Positions 12,648 through 24,635 are shown, counted from the first letter of the stretch. The stretch: 64,000 bases of DNA from Sphaerodactylus townsendi (GCF_021028975.2 NC_059437.1:18352001-18416000); one strand, 5' to 3'. The notes: a model not told the origin generated them from the sequence alone. Made by a program: numbers and translations.

Positions 12648-13270
12648 GGGACAAAAGCTCAGTGGTAAAATCCATGTGGAAGATTCTAGATTGGGTCCCT
12701 GGAATCTCTAGTTAAAGGACTTCATACTACATCTACATAATAAAATTCACCATGTTTCTGATTGTGAGGTAATGTATATGCCTCAGGGAGGGCAAATCCA
12801 CCATTGCAGCTGTCACCAATCTCTGAGGTAGATTCCCCTTCTCCCGGATGGGGCTCAAAACATTGCATGACATAATTACAGAATTCTTTAGGTGGATTTC
12901 TGAAACAGAAAACTTCCAACTTATGCCAAATGCAGACAACACTTCTTCTAAACAAACAGTTATGCCTTGTGAAAATGGAAATCTCCCCATGGTAATTGTA
13001 GGATTGAGCCTAGTCCTTAGGAAGCACAGATAAATGGCAAAGACCTCCCTGTCTCTGAGATCCTAGAGCCGTGGTGGCGAACCTATGTCACTCCAGATGT
13101 TCATGGACTACAATTCCCATTAGTCCCTGCCATCATGGGCAATTGGCCATGCTGGCAGGGGCTGATGGGAATTGTAGTCTATGAACATCTGCCAGTCATT
13201 GCCAGTCATAATAGGCAGTGCTAAACTAGTTGGGCCAATGGTCAGTCCAGGTATAAGATAGCTTCATGTA
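12648..13270 (+). mobile_element. Squam2-like tRNA SINE split by two insertions
   Basis: Head GCTCAGTGGTAAA...CCCTGGAATCTCTAGTTAAAGGA (to ~12720); body AAAGACCT...CTGAGATCC (13039-13068); tail TGCCAGTCA...CCAATGGTC...GTATAAGATAGCTTCATG. Confidence 0.6.
13069..13191. mobile_element. Palindromic hAT-type MITE, one end truncated
   Basis: CAGATGTTCATGGACTACAATTCCCAT...CAATTG...ATGGGAATTGTAGTCTATGAACATCTG; same family as 30494-30590. Confidence 0.8.
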
Positions 13271-15285
13271 TACCCCTAACAGCTGGGCATCAGTTTCTTC
13301 TTGGATGATGATGAATTGATTGGTTTTGTCAAGTTGTGTGCAAAATTTTATTTCACTGCTCTGGATGACACAGCAAAAATAAATCCCCGATGCCAAAGAA
13401 TGCAAAGATTATGGGTTTCTGAATGTTTATCTCATGTTTTGCTTGCTGTCATTTTTATGCTGAGTTGAGGAACTCATTAATTAGTCCTCCTTCACACAAG
13501 TTTAAAGGCCTCTCTGATAAATGGTTGGTTTTATATCTTTTATTTCACCTCACATTGCTAATCAAGTAGGTAGGTATTTCCTAGATGCCACGAGGCTCCA
13601 GGAATTGATTGTTAATAACTTTAAATAATTTCCCATTTCCTACTTCTCTGAAGTTTATGATCATTTATTTGTGTTCCTGATGTTGTGTGATCTCATGATG
13701 CAATTTGTAATACATGTCTAATAAAGGTTAAAAAGTGGCTTTTCTGTTTCCTTTTCAAAAAGCCTTTTTACAGGTTTTCCCAAGACTGCTGGATATTTCC
13801 TCTCCTTTTCTTAGCCCAATATATATTTAAATTGTAATGTTTAACAGGGACCATAAAACTGACAAAGCAGAAAGCACAAGTACTTTAAAGTGCTCCTTGG
13901 CAGCATGCAAAAAGTCATGACAGTGAAAACATTACATTTACAGAGTTGGGAAGCTTATGCAAAATATGTACTTAGCATGCCTGAGAGCTTTTGGTGAACA
14001 TCATTCTATGAAGTACTATCCTATTGGCAAAGCATATGAAGAACATGCCCTGGACTTCATTTTGTTGCAGAACTCATATTCTATAAGGAAGAAATATTTT
14101 ACGATGTCCTGTACTAGAAATAGTGATACATGCTTTTCAAAGTTAAATATAATGCTTTGGTTCCATTCAGCACTCTATGTATAAACCAAGGTAAACCTGA
14201 AACTCCAGTGTGTGCTCTGTTTACTCCAGGAAAGTGCCCTATTTTGTACATTGTACCATGAGTCCTTGTTCCTCAAGTAAATGAGATGATGCTTGAAGTT
14301 ATTATGAGAAAGATTAGGGGAGAGAACTTTTCAGTGTCAGAACAACTGTTGCAGGCCGGCTGAATTTTTAAACTGTGAAAACTTTGGGGTTTTTTCCATG
14401 GGATTTTGTGTGAGGCTACAAAGGTGATTTTATGTGTTCTGTTGTTGCTGTAATGGATGCTGTTATACACGCACATTTAGTTCTTTTATGGATTTAATGA
14501 TGGTCTTTATTTGATGCATATAAATGTGTGCATACCATTACTCTCAATTAAGCAGAATGTAGAAACCTTCAGTGCGGGGAGGTTTTTTTATGAATGTTTC
14601 TAAAATAAACCTTGTTGTGACCGAGGACTCTGAAACCATGGCAACTGTTTGTTCCCCCAAGAGAGAGAAAGTCAGGGAAAAGGGAAACTGGGGTCCAGCA
14701 GGGAAAAAGTCCATTTGGCCAACCTGCCAAAGCACAAGATGAATGGTCATCACAAAAAATCTGAGTTAGGGAGAAAGATGTGGGCTATAAAGCCAAGGAC
14801 CTCCCATGAGGAGCAAGATTCTTAACTATAGTTTGGGAAGGAGAGAATTTAGGGAGCAGGTAGAAATTTTAAAATGTGAAATCATCCTTGTTACCGGGTT
14901 CAACCTTTTCACCCAAAAGTTGTGACCTGTGGGACCCATCCTCCTCTGTCATGGGCCAGTAAACAGGCTTTTTTGGGGGGGAGGGGTTCCATCTAAGGTA
15001 ACTTTCTTGTATTGTAACTTCGCTAGACTCTGGTCCACTTTGCAGGCCAGGGAAGCGGCTGCACACCGGGGTAAATGACCCCGCAGCTGCTGCAGCTTGC
15101 AGAGGTGCATTCGCACAGAGACACATCCTTTTTGTCTTTAAATGTACCTTCTCTTCCCTGCACAGCTCTGCAGGAGGTGTGTCCCGTCATCCCTGTGGAG
15201 CTGTACAGGAAGAGAAGAGGGCAAAAAAGAACACACTCAAAAGCAGCGCCTCCCACCCAGTTCCATTCACTTTGCACTGAGTGCA

Positions 15286-15338
15286 AAACAGTGTTTTTGA
15301 AAAACTTGCTCATTTAGTGATTTTCAAAAACACTGTTT
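15286..15338. repeat. Perfect 18-bp inverted repeat with 17-nt spacer
   Basis: AAACAGTGTTTTTGAAAA (15286-15303) / TTTTCAAAAACACTGTTT (15321-15338). Confidence 0.9.
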
Positions 15339-15743
15339 CCCCACCGATTGTGTGTGTGTGGGGGGGGGAGCACAGTTCTGCCTCATTTTGGAGGTGGCAG
15401 CCATGCGAAGTTCTTACTAAATGGTAAGAATGTTGAGGTTGCAGGATCCACTGGGACCAATCCCACAATTTTTGGCACTTTGTTACATACGACCTTGCTG
15501 CACTCATACCAGGGAAGCCCACCCCTTTTCACAGATAGTGCAGCAACGAAGCTGATTTGAGCACCCCGGCACCTCTGCTGCTCTAGTCAATCCCTTATGT
15601 GGGCCTAATGGAGGGTCTGGCTTTAATTGAGGACCACAGTGGATGCCAGGATATCAAATGAGTCTTTTGAAATGAAGCTGAGAGAAAGAGCAGAAGCACA
15701 GGAAAATCAGCATTGGTTGAGAGACCAGCCAAAATCAGCAAGT

Positions 15744-15808
15744 CAAATCCTGAATTGACAAATCAGCAATTGACAAATCCTGAATTGACAAATCCTGAAT
15801 TGACAAAT
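15744..15808. repeat. 15-bp minisatellite, ~4.3 units
   Basis: CAAATCCTGAATTGA x3 plus one CAAATCAGCAATTGA variant. Confidence 0.9.
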
Positions 15809-16728
15809 TAAAAGAAACCATGTTGGCATGCTATGTCTGAACTGAACCAATGTTTCGCTCCCTGGTTTTTTTTTAAAGACCATATATGCGATTCTGAAAT
15901 AAGTCTTAATTCACTAGCAAGTAGCTTATGAGTAAGTATGCTTACAATTGCCTTGCACATCAAACAGAGCTTCCTCGCCTTACTACATGGCATGGCTGTT
16001 CTTTGTAACGGTCACTGGAACTCTCAATCGAAACAGAAGAGCCGCTTCTGTCTCCTTGCTGCTGTGCTCTAAAAACAGGGGCTATTTTTTTTGTCATTTC
16101 TCCTTCATCTCAGTTTAAAGAAATTGATTTTGAAAAATAAAGATCTAAAGAGCATAAAAAGCTAGTGGCAAAGCCAGCTGGGGCCATTCAAGGACATGAA
16201 TTAGAAGTTAGGAGCAGATGGGCTGTATTGCTAAGAGCCTGAAATCTTTACCTTGGTATTCATGAAAGAGCCTGAAGGTCACCTCCTTAGGAACAGGACA
16301 AGAGAGCGAACAGGAAAACTCTTTGTTTGCTTGTCCTGGAAATGGAATGCTGCAGCTTTCTGATTACATGGAAGCCCACATGGTGGTTTTACAATATAAC
16401 CTATTAGAAGCTGCTCATTGTCAGAGATCTGGATGAGCTGAGTCTTTGCTATTATTTTGAGGACAAGCAAAGAGAGAGTCCTTTATTGTGGTGCTTTGAA
16501 GAGCTTGCCATGTGCGTGATGAATTGATCAGAGGGCTGGCCGGACATTTCGTGCAGGGCATGTGCAGCAACAGATTTCAGTTGTAAAAGGATAACATGAA
16601 ATAGGGAAATAAACAAAATTACCAGCAAATAGCAATTTCTAATGGTGACTTGAGGAGTTACTAACTAGGGAGAGGATGAAAAAGTCTATTTCATATATAC
16701 ATAGTCAAAAAAGGAGTCCGAAGGAGGA

Positions 16729-16920
16729 AGGGTGGAGACCCAGTGACAGAGGATCTGCTTTGCAGAAGGTCATGAGTTCCTGGTGTCGAAAGGATCTAGC
16801 AGTAGGAGGTTCTGTGAGATACCTGTGCCTGAGACACTGGAGAGCCACTGGCAGTCAGACAAGGCTATTCTCATCTTGATAGTTCTATAGTCTGGCTCAA
16901 TTATTTCAGGCTTGTGTGTT
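16729..16920 (+). mobile_element. Squam2-like SINE, degraded
   Basis: CAGTGACAGAGGATCTGCTTTGCAGAAGGTC head; GCCTGAGACACTGGAGAGCCACTGGCAGTCAGA body. Confidence 0.65.
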
Positions 16921-16938
16921 TGTGAATGGAATATCCAG

Positions 16939-17167
16939 GGGCCTTTCCCCACTTACCTTAAGCCCCGCGCTACTTGAAGAGAGTAGCGCGGGGTCCCCTG
17001 ACACTACCCACGACAGGGGCAGTGACAGCGCAGCCGCCCTGACGCTGCCGCTGTCGCACCCCCTCAACGGGCGGCATTCCAGGCGCTCTTCTTAATGGCG
17101 CCTTTTGATGACCCCGCGCAGTTCAGCATGCGGCATAGGGGGGATCAGGGTGAGTGGGGAAACGCCC
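16939..17167. mobile_element. PIF/Harbinger-type MITE, copy 1
   Basis: 15-bp TIR GGGCCTTTCCCCACT / AGTGGGGAAACGCCC; 3-bp TSD CAG (16936-16938, 17168-17170); GC-rich internal hairpins. Confidence 0.85.
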
Positions 17168-18102
17168 CAGCTCTCAACTGAGGATCAAACGCATTCATGA
17201 ATGACAGCTCCACCAATGGCTATAAGCCATGATGGCTGTCATTTCCATATTCTCATGCAATGTTCCTCAGAATCTGAGTTGACAAAAGCTGCATAAGGGT
17301 GATCTGAATAGTCCAGGGTGAAATGGGCAGCTAGACTTGCTGGATCATTGCCCTGATGTGGTAGGTCTGCACTTGAGTTTTCCTGTCTGTTTTGATAATC
17401 TTCATGCGATACCCTGAACTCCATGGGGAATACAAATGGGAGAACGATCACAGTCTTCCAAGCTTACACAGTCATGAGCCATAGGAAATGGAATCCAAGC
17501 TTTCTTTGTACCCCCATTTGACTTACCAGAGCCTGCAAATGCTGCTGCTGTACAGTGGTGGCTTAGTTGATTAACTTTCTTGTTGAGATTTCATCTTTCC
17601 GTAATGCCTTAGAGAACTTCACCTTCAGCTAACAGCCTGAAATTTTGATGGGTGAGATTAAATTTTTAAGTTAAGATACTGAGCATTCACATGTGGTGCT
17701 AGGTGTGACCAATTGCAATGACAAGGTTGTGTAGCTGCTAGCTTATGATGTGAAATGAAATCATGGCTGCCCTGCTTTATAACAATGTATGTTTTATAGG
17801 TGCCCTGGAAGATTTCAGTGCTTGGAATACAGTCACTTTGGATCGTTGCCTTCATCTTTGCAAAGAAAAGTTAAGGTGCTTTGATAGAGCCCTGTATCTC
17901 CCTGCAGGAGCAAGATTACTGGTGGTCAGGTGACAGGGCAGCTAATACTGTCTTGCAGTGATCTACCCAAGTAAAAAAGCCTCTAGGCCAAAGGGAAATA
18001 AATTATTGGCAAGCCAAGCCAGGCTCATTTACAGGGAAGCAGTATAAGTAGTCAGGACAGGGTGGAAATGGATTGGAGGCACAGTAGAGCTCAGGAGCAA
18101 GG

Positions 18103-18171
18103 CAGAATGCCATGAGGGTAGGTACTGAAGTAGGTACAGAATGCCATGAGGGTAGGTACTGAAGTAGGTAC
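18103..18171. repeat. Perfect 34-bp tandem duplication
   Basis: CAGAATGCCATGAGGGTAGGTACTGAAGTAGGTA x2. Confidence 0.95.
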
Positions 18172-18776
18172 TGATAAAGAGCTGACCGTGAGCTTCATGT
18201 AGGAGGTGTTTCCTTGTATGGATGCAAGTCACCCATATCTACAGATGGAAAGCATGTACAGGCAAGAGAGGACAGTGGCACAAAAGGAGCAGGGTGGTTT
18301 TGGAGGGGATGCTGGAGGTATCACATTTTTTGCTCCAGTCCAGATCCTTTGATGGTCCTTCTCCCTTGTTTGTAACTCCTGTGGCTGGTGTTTCTATGGC
18401 AAAATGTTCTCCCCGCCACCACTTCAGTTGCTTTTTTCCCTAACAAGTGCTTTTGTATACAGAAACTTTCCATAGCTGCACATTCTGGTTCACCTGAGTA
18501 CAAAAGCAAATGTTGTTTCTGAACAGATTCCGGTTTTTTATCAGGTTTCAAGTGACATTTAGGACCACTCAAGCAAGCACTGGTTGGTTTTGTTTTACTC
18601 ATCTTATTTTCTCCAATTAACTCCAGCAAAAGCAGATTAAAGCAGGTAACAGAAGGTGTCTTGTAAATGAAAACTCTAAGCAAAGCGAGTAATTACCATG
18701 TAGAACTTCATTGTTCCCGAGGTAAAAATATATCTATCTATACTCTACAGGCAATTTGATGCACAGTGCTCAGCAC

Positions 18777-18795
18777 TGGCCAGTAGGTGCCAGTG
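18777..18795 (+). promoter_or_regulatory. Candidate CTCF site
   Basis: TGGCCAGTAGGTGCCAGTG matches CCASYAGRKGGCRS at 13/14 positions. Confidence 0.3.
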
Positions 18796-19360
18796 TAACC
18801 TAATTGAGCTTTGCAGCATCGGCACTGCTGCAGAGCACAGACAGGGGATGGGGGGGTTGAATCGCCTCATAAATAAGAAAGGTGTAGATGGCATTTAACA
18901 GAAGTGTTAGTAGCACCTGCTTTTCCAGATTTCTTTGCATGAGGAGCATCGACATGTGAAAAGCCTGAAACTAGCAGACGAAAGAAGTTGGAAGTAACTT
19001 AACTTTGTCAAAGCAATAATAATAAGAATACAAAAATACAAAAATCTTAAAGGCATATTTAGAGGTTTTTGCCTCCAGTTGGGGATAAATGCCATATAAC
19101 ATGTGAAAGGCATAAAAAAATTGGAAGCTAATGGGTGATAGGTAATGCCAGGAGAGAAGGTGGGTGAAACAAAAAAAGCTCTTAATGACATGTGGGATTC
19201 CCAGCATTATTGCTAGGGAACAGTGTGTCCAGGCTTGATGGATTCGAAGGTTGCCCAAAGCCTCATTGGGCTAGTTGTTGGGGATTGTCTGCAATGTGTG
19301 GAGGGCTGCAGTATTTGTCTTCAAGCTCCAGAAGCCATAGTGGCAGCAGATGCAAGGCTA

Positions 19361-19646
19361 TGCTGCCACAGGAGGTGGTGATGGCCACTAACCTGGATAG
19401 CTTTGAAAAGGGCTTGGACAGACTTATGGAGGAGAAGTCGATGTACGGCTACCAATCTTGATCTCTTTGATCTGAGATTTCAAAAGCCTTACCATACCAG
19501 GTGCTCGGGAGAAGCAGCAGAAGGCCATTGCTTTCACAGTCTGCATGTGAGCTCCCAAAGGCATCTGGTGGGCCACTGCAAGTAGCAGAGTGCTTGACTA
19601 GATGGACTCTAGTCTGATCCAGCAGACTCTTTCTTATGTTCTTATG
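19361..19646 (+). mobile_element. CR1 LINE 3' end
   Basis: Encodes LPQEVVMATNLDSFEKGLDRLMEEKS (CR1 ORF2 C-terminus); ends GACTAGATGGAC...GTCTGATCCAGCA...TTCTTATGTTCTTATG. Confidence 0.9.
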
Positions 19647-20479
19647 ATCACCATGGGGAGTTTGGAAGCTGCAACATCTCTGTACCACCTTCTGTCTCTG
19701 AACCCCATGAGGAACTTGGAGGCAGCAGGCAGCCTGTGCAGAGCTGCCAACTGCCATCTCCAAGTCCCACAGGGAGCCAGGTATTTTTCAGGGGTCTAGG
19801 GGCAGGGGGTTAGCTTTACCAAATGCATGGCTTTAATAGACATAAGGTGGTGATGCCAGAGGAAGCAGCAAAATTGGATCTGGGGATGGCTTGGCTAAAG
19901 ATGACCAATCGAATACAGCTTGAAGCTTTAAGGCATTGTGTAGGGTGCTGCCCAACAAGGTAATTGTTAACTTCTTGTTGGGGGGGTATCAAGTGCTTTT
20001 ACCTGTGTGCAGTTTTGTAAGGTTCAGAACATGCTGTCACACTTGACTGAGCACACAGGAGTTTCAGGTTAAACAGAACAGACAGTGAGTGGCCAGCCCA
20101 GGAGCCAGCCTGCCACTGCAGCACCAATCCAAGCTGCCCCCTGAGCCCTGCCCTCTCCTGGCCTCCCTGCTTGCTCCCATTATTGGGGCACAGGGAGCCA
20201 GACAGGGGGGAGGGTGTGGAAATCCAGTCATGCCCCCAGGCACCTTTTAGGCCCAGTATGCCACTGGTGCCTGACTGGCCTGCTGTCTGAGCTGCCTCAT
20301 GAAACCAGATGAGCTGGGGGTTGTTTGCCCTGTTTTCTTGCTCTTGGCATGGGCCAGCACTGACCTCTACCTGTGTGACTGCTGGCTGCTCACAGGTGTT
20401 ACCTAGCTTAACAGTATGAGAACCTTTTAAGGTAGCAATGGGGAATATAACTCGGCTTGGCAGTGCAAGAGGTAGGTTA

Positions 20480-21008
20480 GGTGGGATCTTTTAGCCAGCT
20501 ATACCAGAAATGGCTTTTGAAACATTCTACAGAGAATACGAAGAGACCAAATTGAATTTAAATATTTTTAGTAAGTTTTTGGTACAAACATTCATACAGG
20601 GAGACATAGAGAAGCATATGCTCATACTATGATGAGATACGTTGGATGCTTCTGTCCTTTGACCAGACAAACATTCCTTTGGCTAAGAAAGAAAAGGTTA
20701 AAATAGGGTTATCAGATACTAATAAAAAAAAATCTAACGTATTCTGTTGCCAAGTTTGCCTGGATATCAAGTAAAATCAGGAAGGCCCGACAGAGCACTA
20801 CTGGCTCTGCCAGCTAATCCCTTATTACTAATTATTATTAGACTGACCTTCCACTCATTATCTTGAGCTGATGTTCTGAGTTCCTGAGGTCTATTATCTG
20901 TATTTTGTTAACTGTTTTAATCTGTATATTTGTAATATCTGTAAATTTTATGATTTTAATTCTTTGGATCTTGCTGGTCAATGACCGTAAATAAATTATG
21001 TATGTATG
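20480..21008 (+). mobile_element. RTE-X-like LINE 3' end
   Basis: Degenerate ORF end LSDTNK..LTYSVAKFAWISSKIRK; T-rich UTR; terminal GGTCAATGACC hairpin plus AAATAAA and (TATG)n. Confidence 0.55.
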
Positions 21009-22121
21009 AGAAGCATACACACAGTCCCTAAGTGATATAAGCAGGGAGGAAAAATAGGTTTGGATGATAGATTGGGAGGGGGGACAATGGGGACTATACG
21101 TTACATACGTTCAGCTGAAGAAATCTTGAAGAAGGCAAGGATTCCTATGCCAGGATGGAGAGCGGGGGCCAGCAGCAGCTGGAGCCAGCTTGGAGACCCA
21201 GCCTAAAGAGCCAGCATTGAGAGTCTGGAGAGCTTGGAGAGCCAGCTTGTAGAGCTAGCACTGAGAACATGGAACTTGGGGTGCACTGTATTTTTATATC
21301 CCTCAGCATAGTTTGGGGCAGGAGCTAGTAAGTTTGTAATCCTATAGCAAGTAAGTTTGTATTCCTGGATTTCCTGCGTTTCCATGCTGGGATCGCTGGG
21401 CTGAGCTAATTAGTAGCTCATCTATTGTCTTCTAAATGTAGGGACAGTAGAGCCAATTGTTTCTTGATTGGATTAGAGTTAGTCTTGAATTACTTTTACA
21501 GAGTTACTCTTTGGAGTCTCTGCCCATATATTCAAATTTGGCTGAGGCTTTGAGTGGATCAGGAAGGGAATGATTGTTAAGGAATGATTCTAAAAGGCAG
21601 AGGAAATGTTAAGTCTGGTATCCGGGAGTTCTCTAAGTACTTTTGTATTGGCGAACTTCTTTGGCGGGGTGTGGTAATCAAGATGCATGTCCATGGTTCA
21701 TGAGGCTTCCAGATTCTATTGATTGGAATAACTCACTCAGTGATTTAATCTTGCAAACAGACCTTTTTTCCCAACTTGGCCTGCTCTTGGTTTTTGGGAC
21801 ATTCTGCTACACACACACAAAAATATATATGACCGTTTGGCATTTTCCAGTACATATTGTATAAAAATCATATGACGTTCATATTTTCATGAGTCAGGAT
21901 ATGAAGGGTAGGGCAACACAGGACTCAACCGACTGTGGCTCTGGCGATTCAGCCAGCTGAGACTCAGATGGAGCCAGGTCATCATGCCAGTATTCTGCAT
22001 CTGAGAAATCTTGACTGGCTGCTGGGGAGCCCACAATACATGTAATTAGGAAAAAATTGGAAAATGGAAAACAGAAGGGAGGATAATGGGACCTTTTGTG
22101 GACATCCTTATGGAGAATCAG

Positions 22122-22400
22122 GGGGCCTTTCCCCACTTACCGTAACCCAGCTACTTGAGGAAGTGGCCAGCGGGGTTCCTCCCCTCCCTCCCACGGCAGG
22201 GGTGGCCACAGTGCAGCCCGACACTCCCGCTGTCGCCTGCCCTTAGCGGCTCGGCATCCCAGGCACTCTTCGAGCAGTAGCCTTTTGGCGAGCCCGCTTT
22301 TAGGCGGCGAGGGGTGCGTGGGGCGCCAGGCACACCTGGGATGCCAGCAGCTGAGAGCAGCGCGCGGCATAGGGGGAAGGAAGGGAGTGGGGAAAGGCCC
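22122..22400. mobile_element. PIF/Harbinger-type MITE, copy 2 (inside the Ngaro relic)
   Basis: Perfect 15-bp TIR GGGCCTTTCCCCACT / AGTGGGGAAAGGCCC; flanked by CAG and CTG with one-base offsets. Confidence 0.85.
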
Positions 22401-22859
22401 TCTGTGTATCTCATTTGGGTGTGGTCTCAAAGAGATGCCTGGGGAGTAAAGGCTTATTCATCATTTATCATTCCCAAGAGGTGAATCAGTCAGTGATATG
22501 GGATACACATTTAGATTTCCTCTCTGCTGACCCTTCAGGCTCTCAGCAATGTGCTTGGTTATTAGCTGTTGTTTTTTCCTGAGTTGGCTCCAGAGCTAAG
22601 TGTGCCACTGGCAGCTTAAAAAACAGAAGTCCCAGCATTTTCACTTACCTTCTTGGGGATTACTACAAATCTGGAATTATACTTCCTATTGGCATACACG
22701 TTACAAATATGTAGGGTGCTTTCAGAAGAGCTATGTGTTTGTAGGAAAGTGATCCTTAAACAGATGCAGATGGTCTTGGGCCATTTGAACTTCACTGGTA
22801 GGGTGGCTGCTCCATGTAAGGCTTTTCTACAGTGTGTGTCAATTCAAGTAGGAATGTTA

Positions 22860-23243
22860 CAGCTCAATCCAGAAGGTAGGACAAGCGGCTCATGGAATTG
22901 GCGGACTGTTTGCCCACCCTGATGGCATAAGTAGCACCTACTCTCTCTGGCACTCAACCTGGAAGAGCCTAGGGGCGAGCGAGCAAGGGGCATTCCCAGG
23001 AACAGAACTGACCTTTGTTGGCTTCCACTGGAATTTCAAGCCAGGAAGACTCCCAGTGCAGGCCTTTGACTCATGCCACCTGGAAGGATGGCATAAGTCT
23101 GTTTTTGGCAATGGGGGCTTTTTAATCAGCCAGGGATTCTCTAGTTTTTCCTGCCTTTCCACCCTCATGGAAGCCCTCTGGAGGTGGCATGGCAGCATGG
23201 AAGTGGTGCCACCCCCAGCTGCTATAGCCTCTGGATTGGGCTA
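22860..23243. mobile_element. MITE with CAGCYCAATCCAGA-type TIR (inside the Ngaro relic)
   Basis: AGCTCAATCCAGA / TCTGGATTGGGCT termini; separates the Ngaro RT from the RNaseH-proximal motif; internal similarity to 47310-47640 in opposite orientation. Confidence 0.65.
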
Positions 23244-23489
23244 TCCAAAAGACTCATCATAAGATTAGAGTGTGAGGGCAGCTAAAAACAGATGCACACA
23301 TTTGGTTGGAATTCTTGCAATGATCTGCATCAGTGCCTCTGGGATGTTATAATCAGCTGGTGGGGCAAGGGGTGTTCTGCTGGGCTAACCCACTTGTTTA
23401 GCAGTGGTTGGACAGGCTGATCCTAAGAGTCAGGGATCATTGGCAAGCACCCTGAGATATCCATGCAGTGGAGGGACTGTCTGGAACAG

Positions 23490-23522
23490 CATAAGAACAT
23501 AAGAACTAGCCTGCTGGATCAG
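23490..23522 (-). mobile_element. Very short CR1 3' tail
   Basis: CATAAGAACATAAGAACTAGCCTGCTGGATCAG is the reverse complement of the 19361-19646-type tail. Confidence 0.7.
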
Positions 23523-24486
23523 CACATCACTCGCTGTAGGGTGGGGGGTTTCTTGGAAGGAGTGCCCCTTTGTGCTCAACAACACCTTTCTGAACCTTGT
23601 AGAGGCTATGTGCAGATCAGTTTAGTTCATTAAATAAACTAGTTTCAACCCAAGCTGTTGTTTCTTGTCTTTCCTGAATGGGTGCTTGTGGCCAATAAAA
23701 GCAAAAAGCAAAAAAAAAAGATACGTTCAATAACATTCTTATGTACCTAATTCTTCAACTTTCTGTAAAAGAAAGCCTGTAAACTCTCTCAAAGTGCACG
23801 CCTAATATTATATGGAAGCAGATTTCTTTTATGATTCCATAAAATGAACATTGACAGTTCTATCTGTTATGCTGTGATTAAAGCTGGAGCAATCTGGTAA
23901 AGACCGGTCCAGAGTGGGAAAGGTGTTTTGAGCACTCCATTGTTAATAGTACATCTAAATATTGGTCTCTACTTCTGCCATGTGTAATAAATCACCGATA
24001 TGGAACACACTGAGACTTGAGCCTGTTGGTGGCAGCAATAACTTGCATTTAATTTTACATCAGAGACGCTGGGAAACAAAAACAGTTGTCACGCCATCCA
24101 CCAATGACTTGCTTTGATGTAGAGCCCTTTCTTGAGCTGTGGGTTTCAGTACAGTGCACTGATTCCATCTCCAATATATCTTAAAATTCATTTTTTAAAA
24201 AAAACATATCATCTTTGCTCTGAACAAAGCAGTGCGTTCACGCTTTGTGTCGAGCTGAACAATAATTGCTTATTGATAGCTGTGAAAAAAATAGATATGA
24301 AGCCTATTCAGCTGCTGTTCTGGTTCTTCAGAGAGGTTTCCCTCTAGCTACCTGTGGGCAAGGCTGCCTCACTCCTTGTGCAAAAGGAACATTTGGACAG
24401 ACGCTCATTTTGAGGCTAGTTGTTTGTGTATTTCTGATGAGACCACTATTGATATTTCTAATTATATTCAATTAGGGACTCTGAAG

Positions 24487-24635
24487 CAGGAACATAGGTA
24501 AGAGGAGGGGGGGTTCTCGGGTTCAACCCCCCCCCATTACACGTCTGGCTTGCTTAAATAATGCATGGAATGGAACAGCCGGAAAGCCCTCAGTCACCGA
24601 ACCCACCCCATAAAAAATCTATACCTATGCCACTG
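24487..24635. mobile_element. Non-autonomous hAT (Tip100-like) MITE
   Basis: TIR CAGGAACATAGG / CCTATGCCACTG; perfect 8-bp TSD CTCTGAAG (24479-24486, 24636-24643). Confidence 0.85.

Larger units (their letters stand above)
21050..23690 (+). mobile_element. DIRS-order (Ngaro-like) retrotransposon relic, internally deleted, with nested insertions
   Basis: 22505-22830 translates THLDFL..PSGSQQCAWLL / ELSVPLAA*KTEVP..LTFLGI / RKVILKQMQMVLGHLNF..RVAAPCKAFL; 23285-23320 gives KTDAHIWLEFLQ. Outer boundaries approximate. Confidence 0.7.

Noticed and set aside
14610-15540. Possible LTR
   Set aside because: No consistent TG...CA pair with a TSD or terminal inverted repeat.
15744-15808. Short repeat array as a possible CRISPR
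   Set aside because: The units are contiguous with no spacers, and the context is eukaryotic.
17527-17637. Minus-strand exon-like segment (ttcag...CTG|gtaagt)
   Set aside because: Stops in all three frames; at most a non-coding exon, which sequence alone cannot support.
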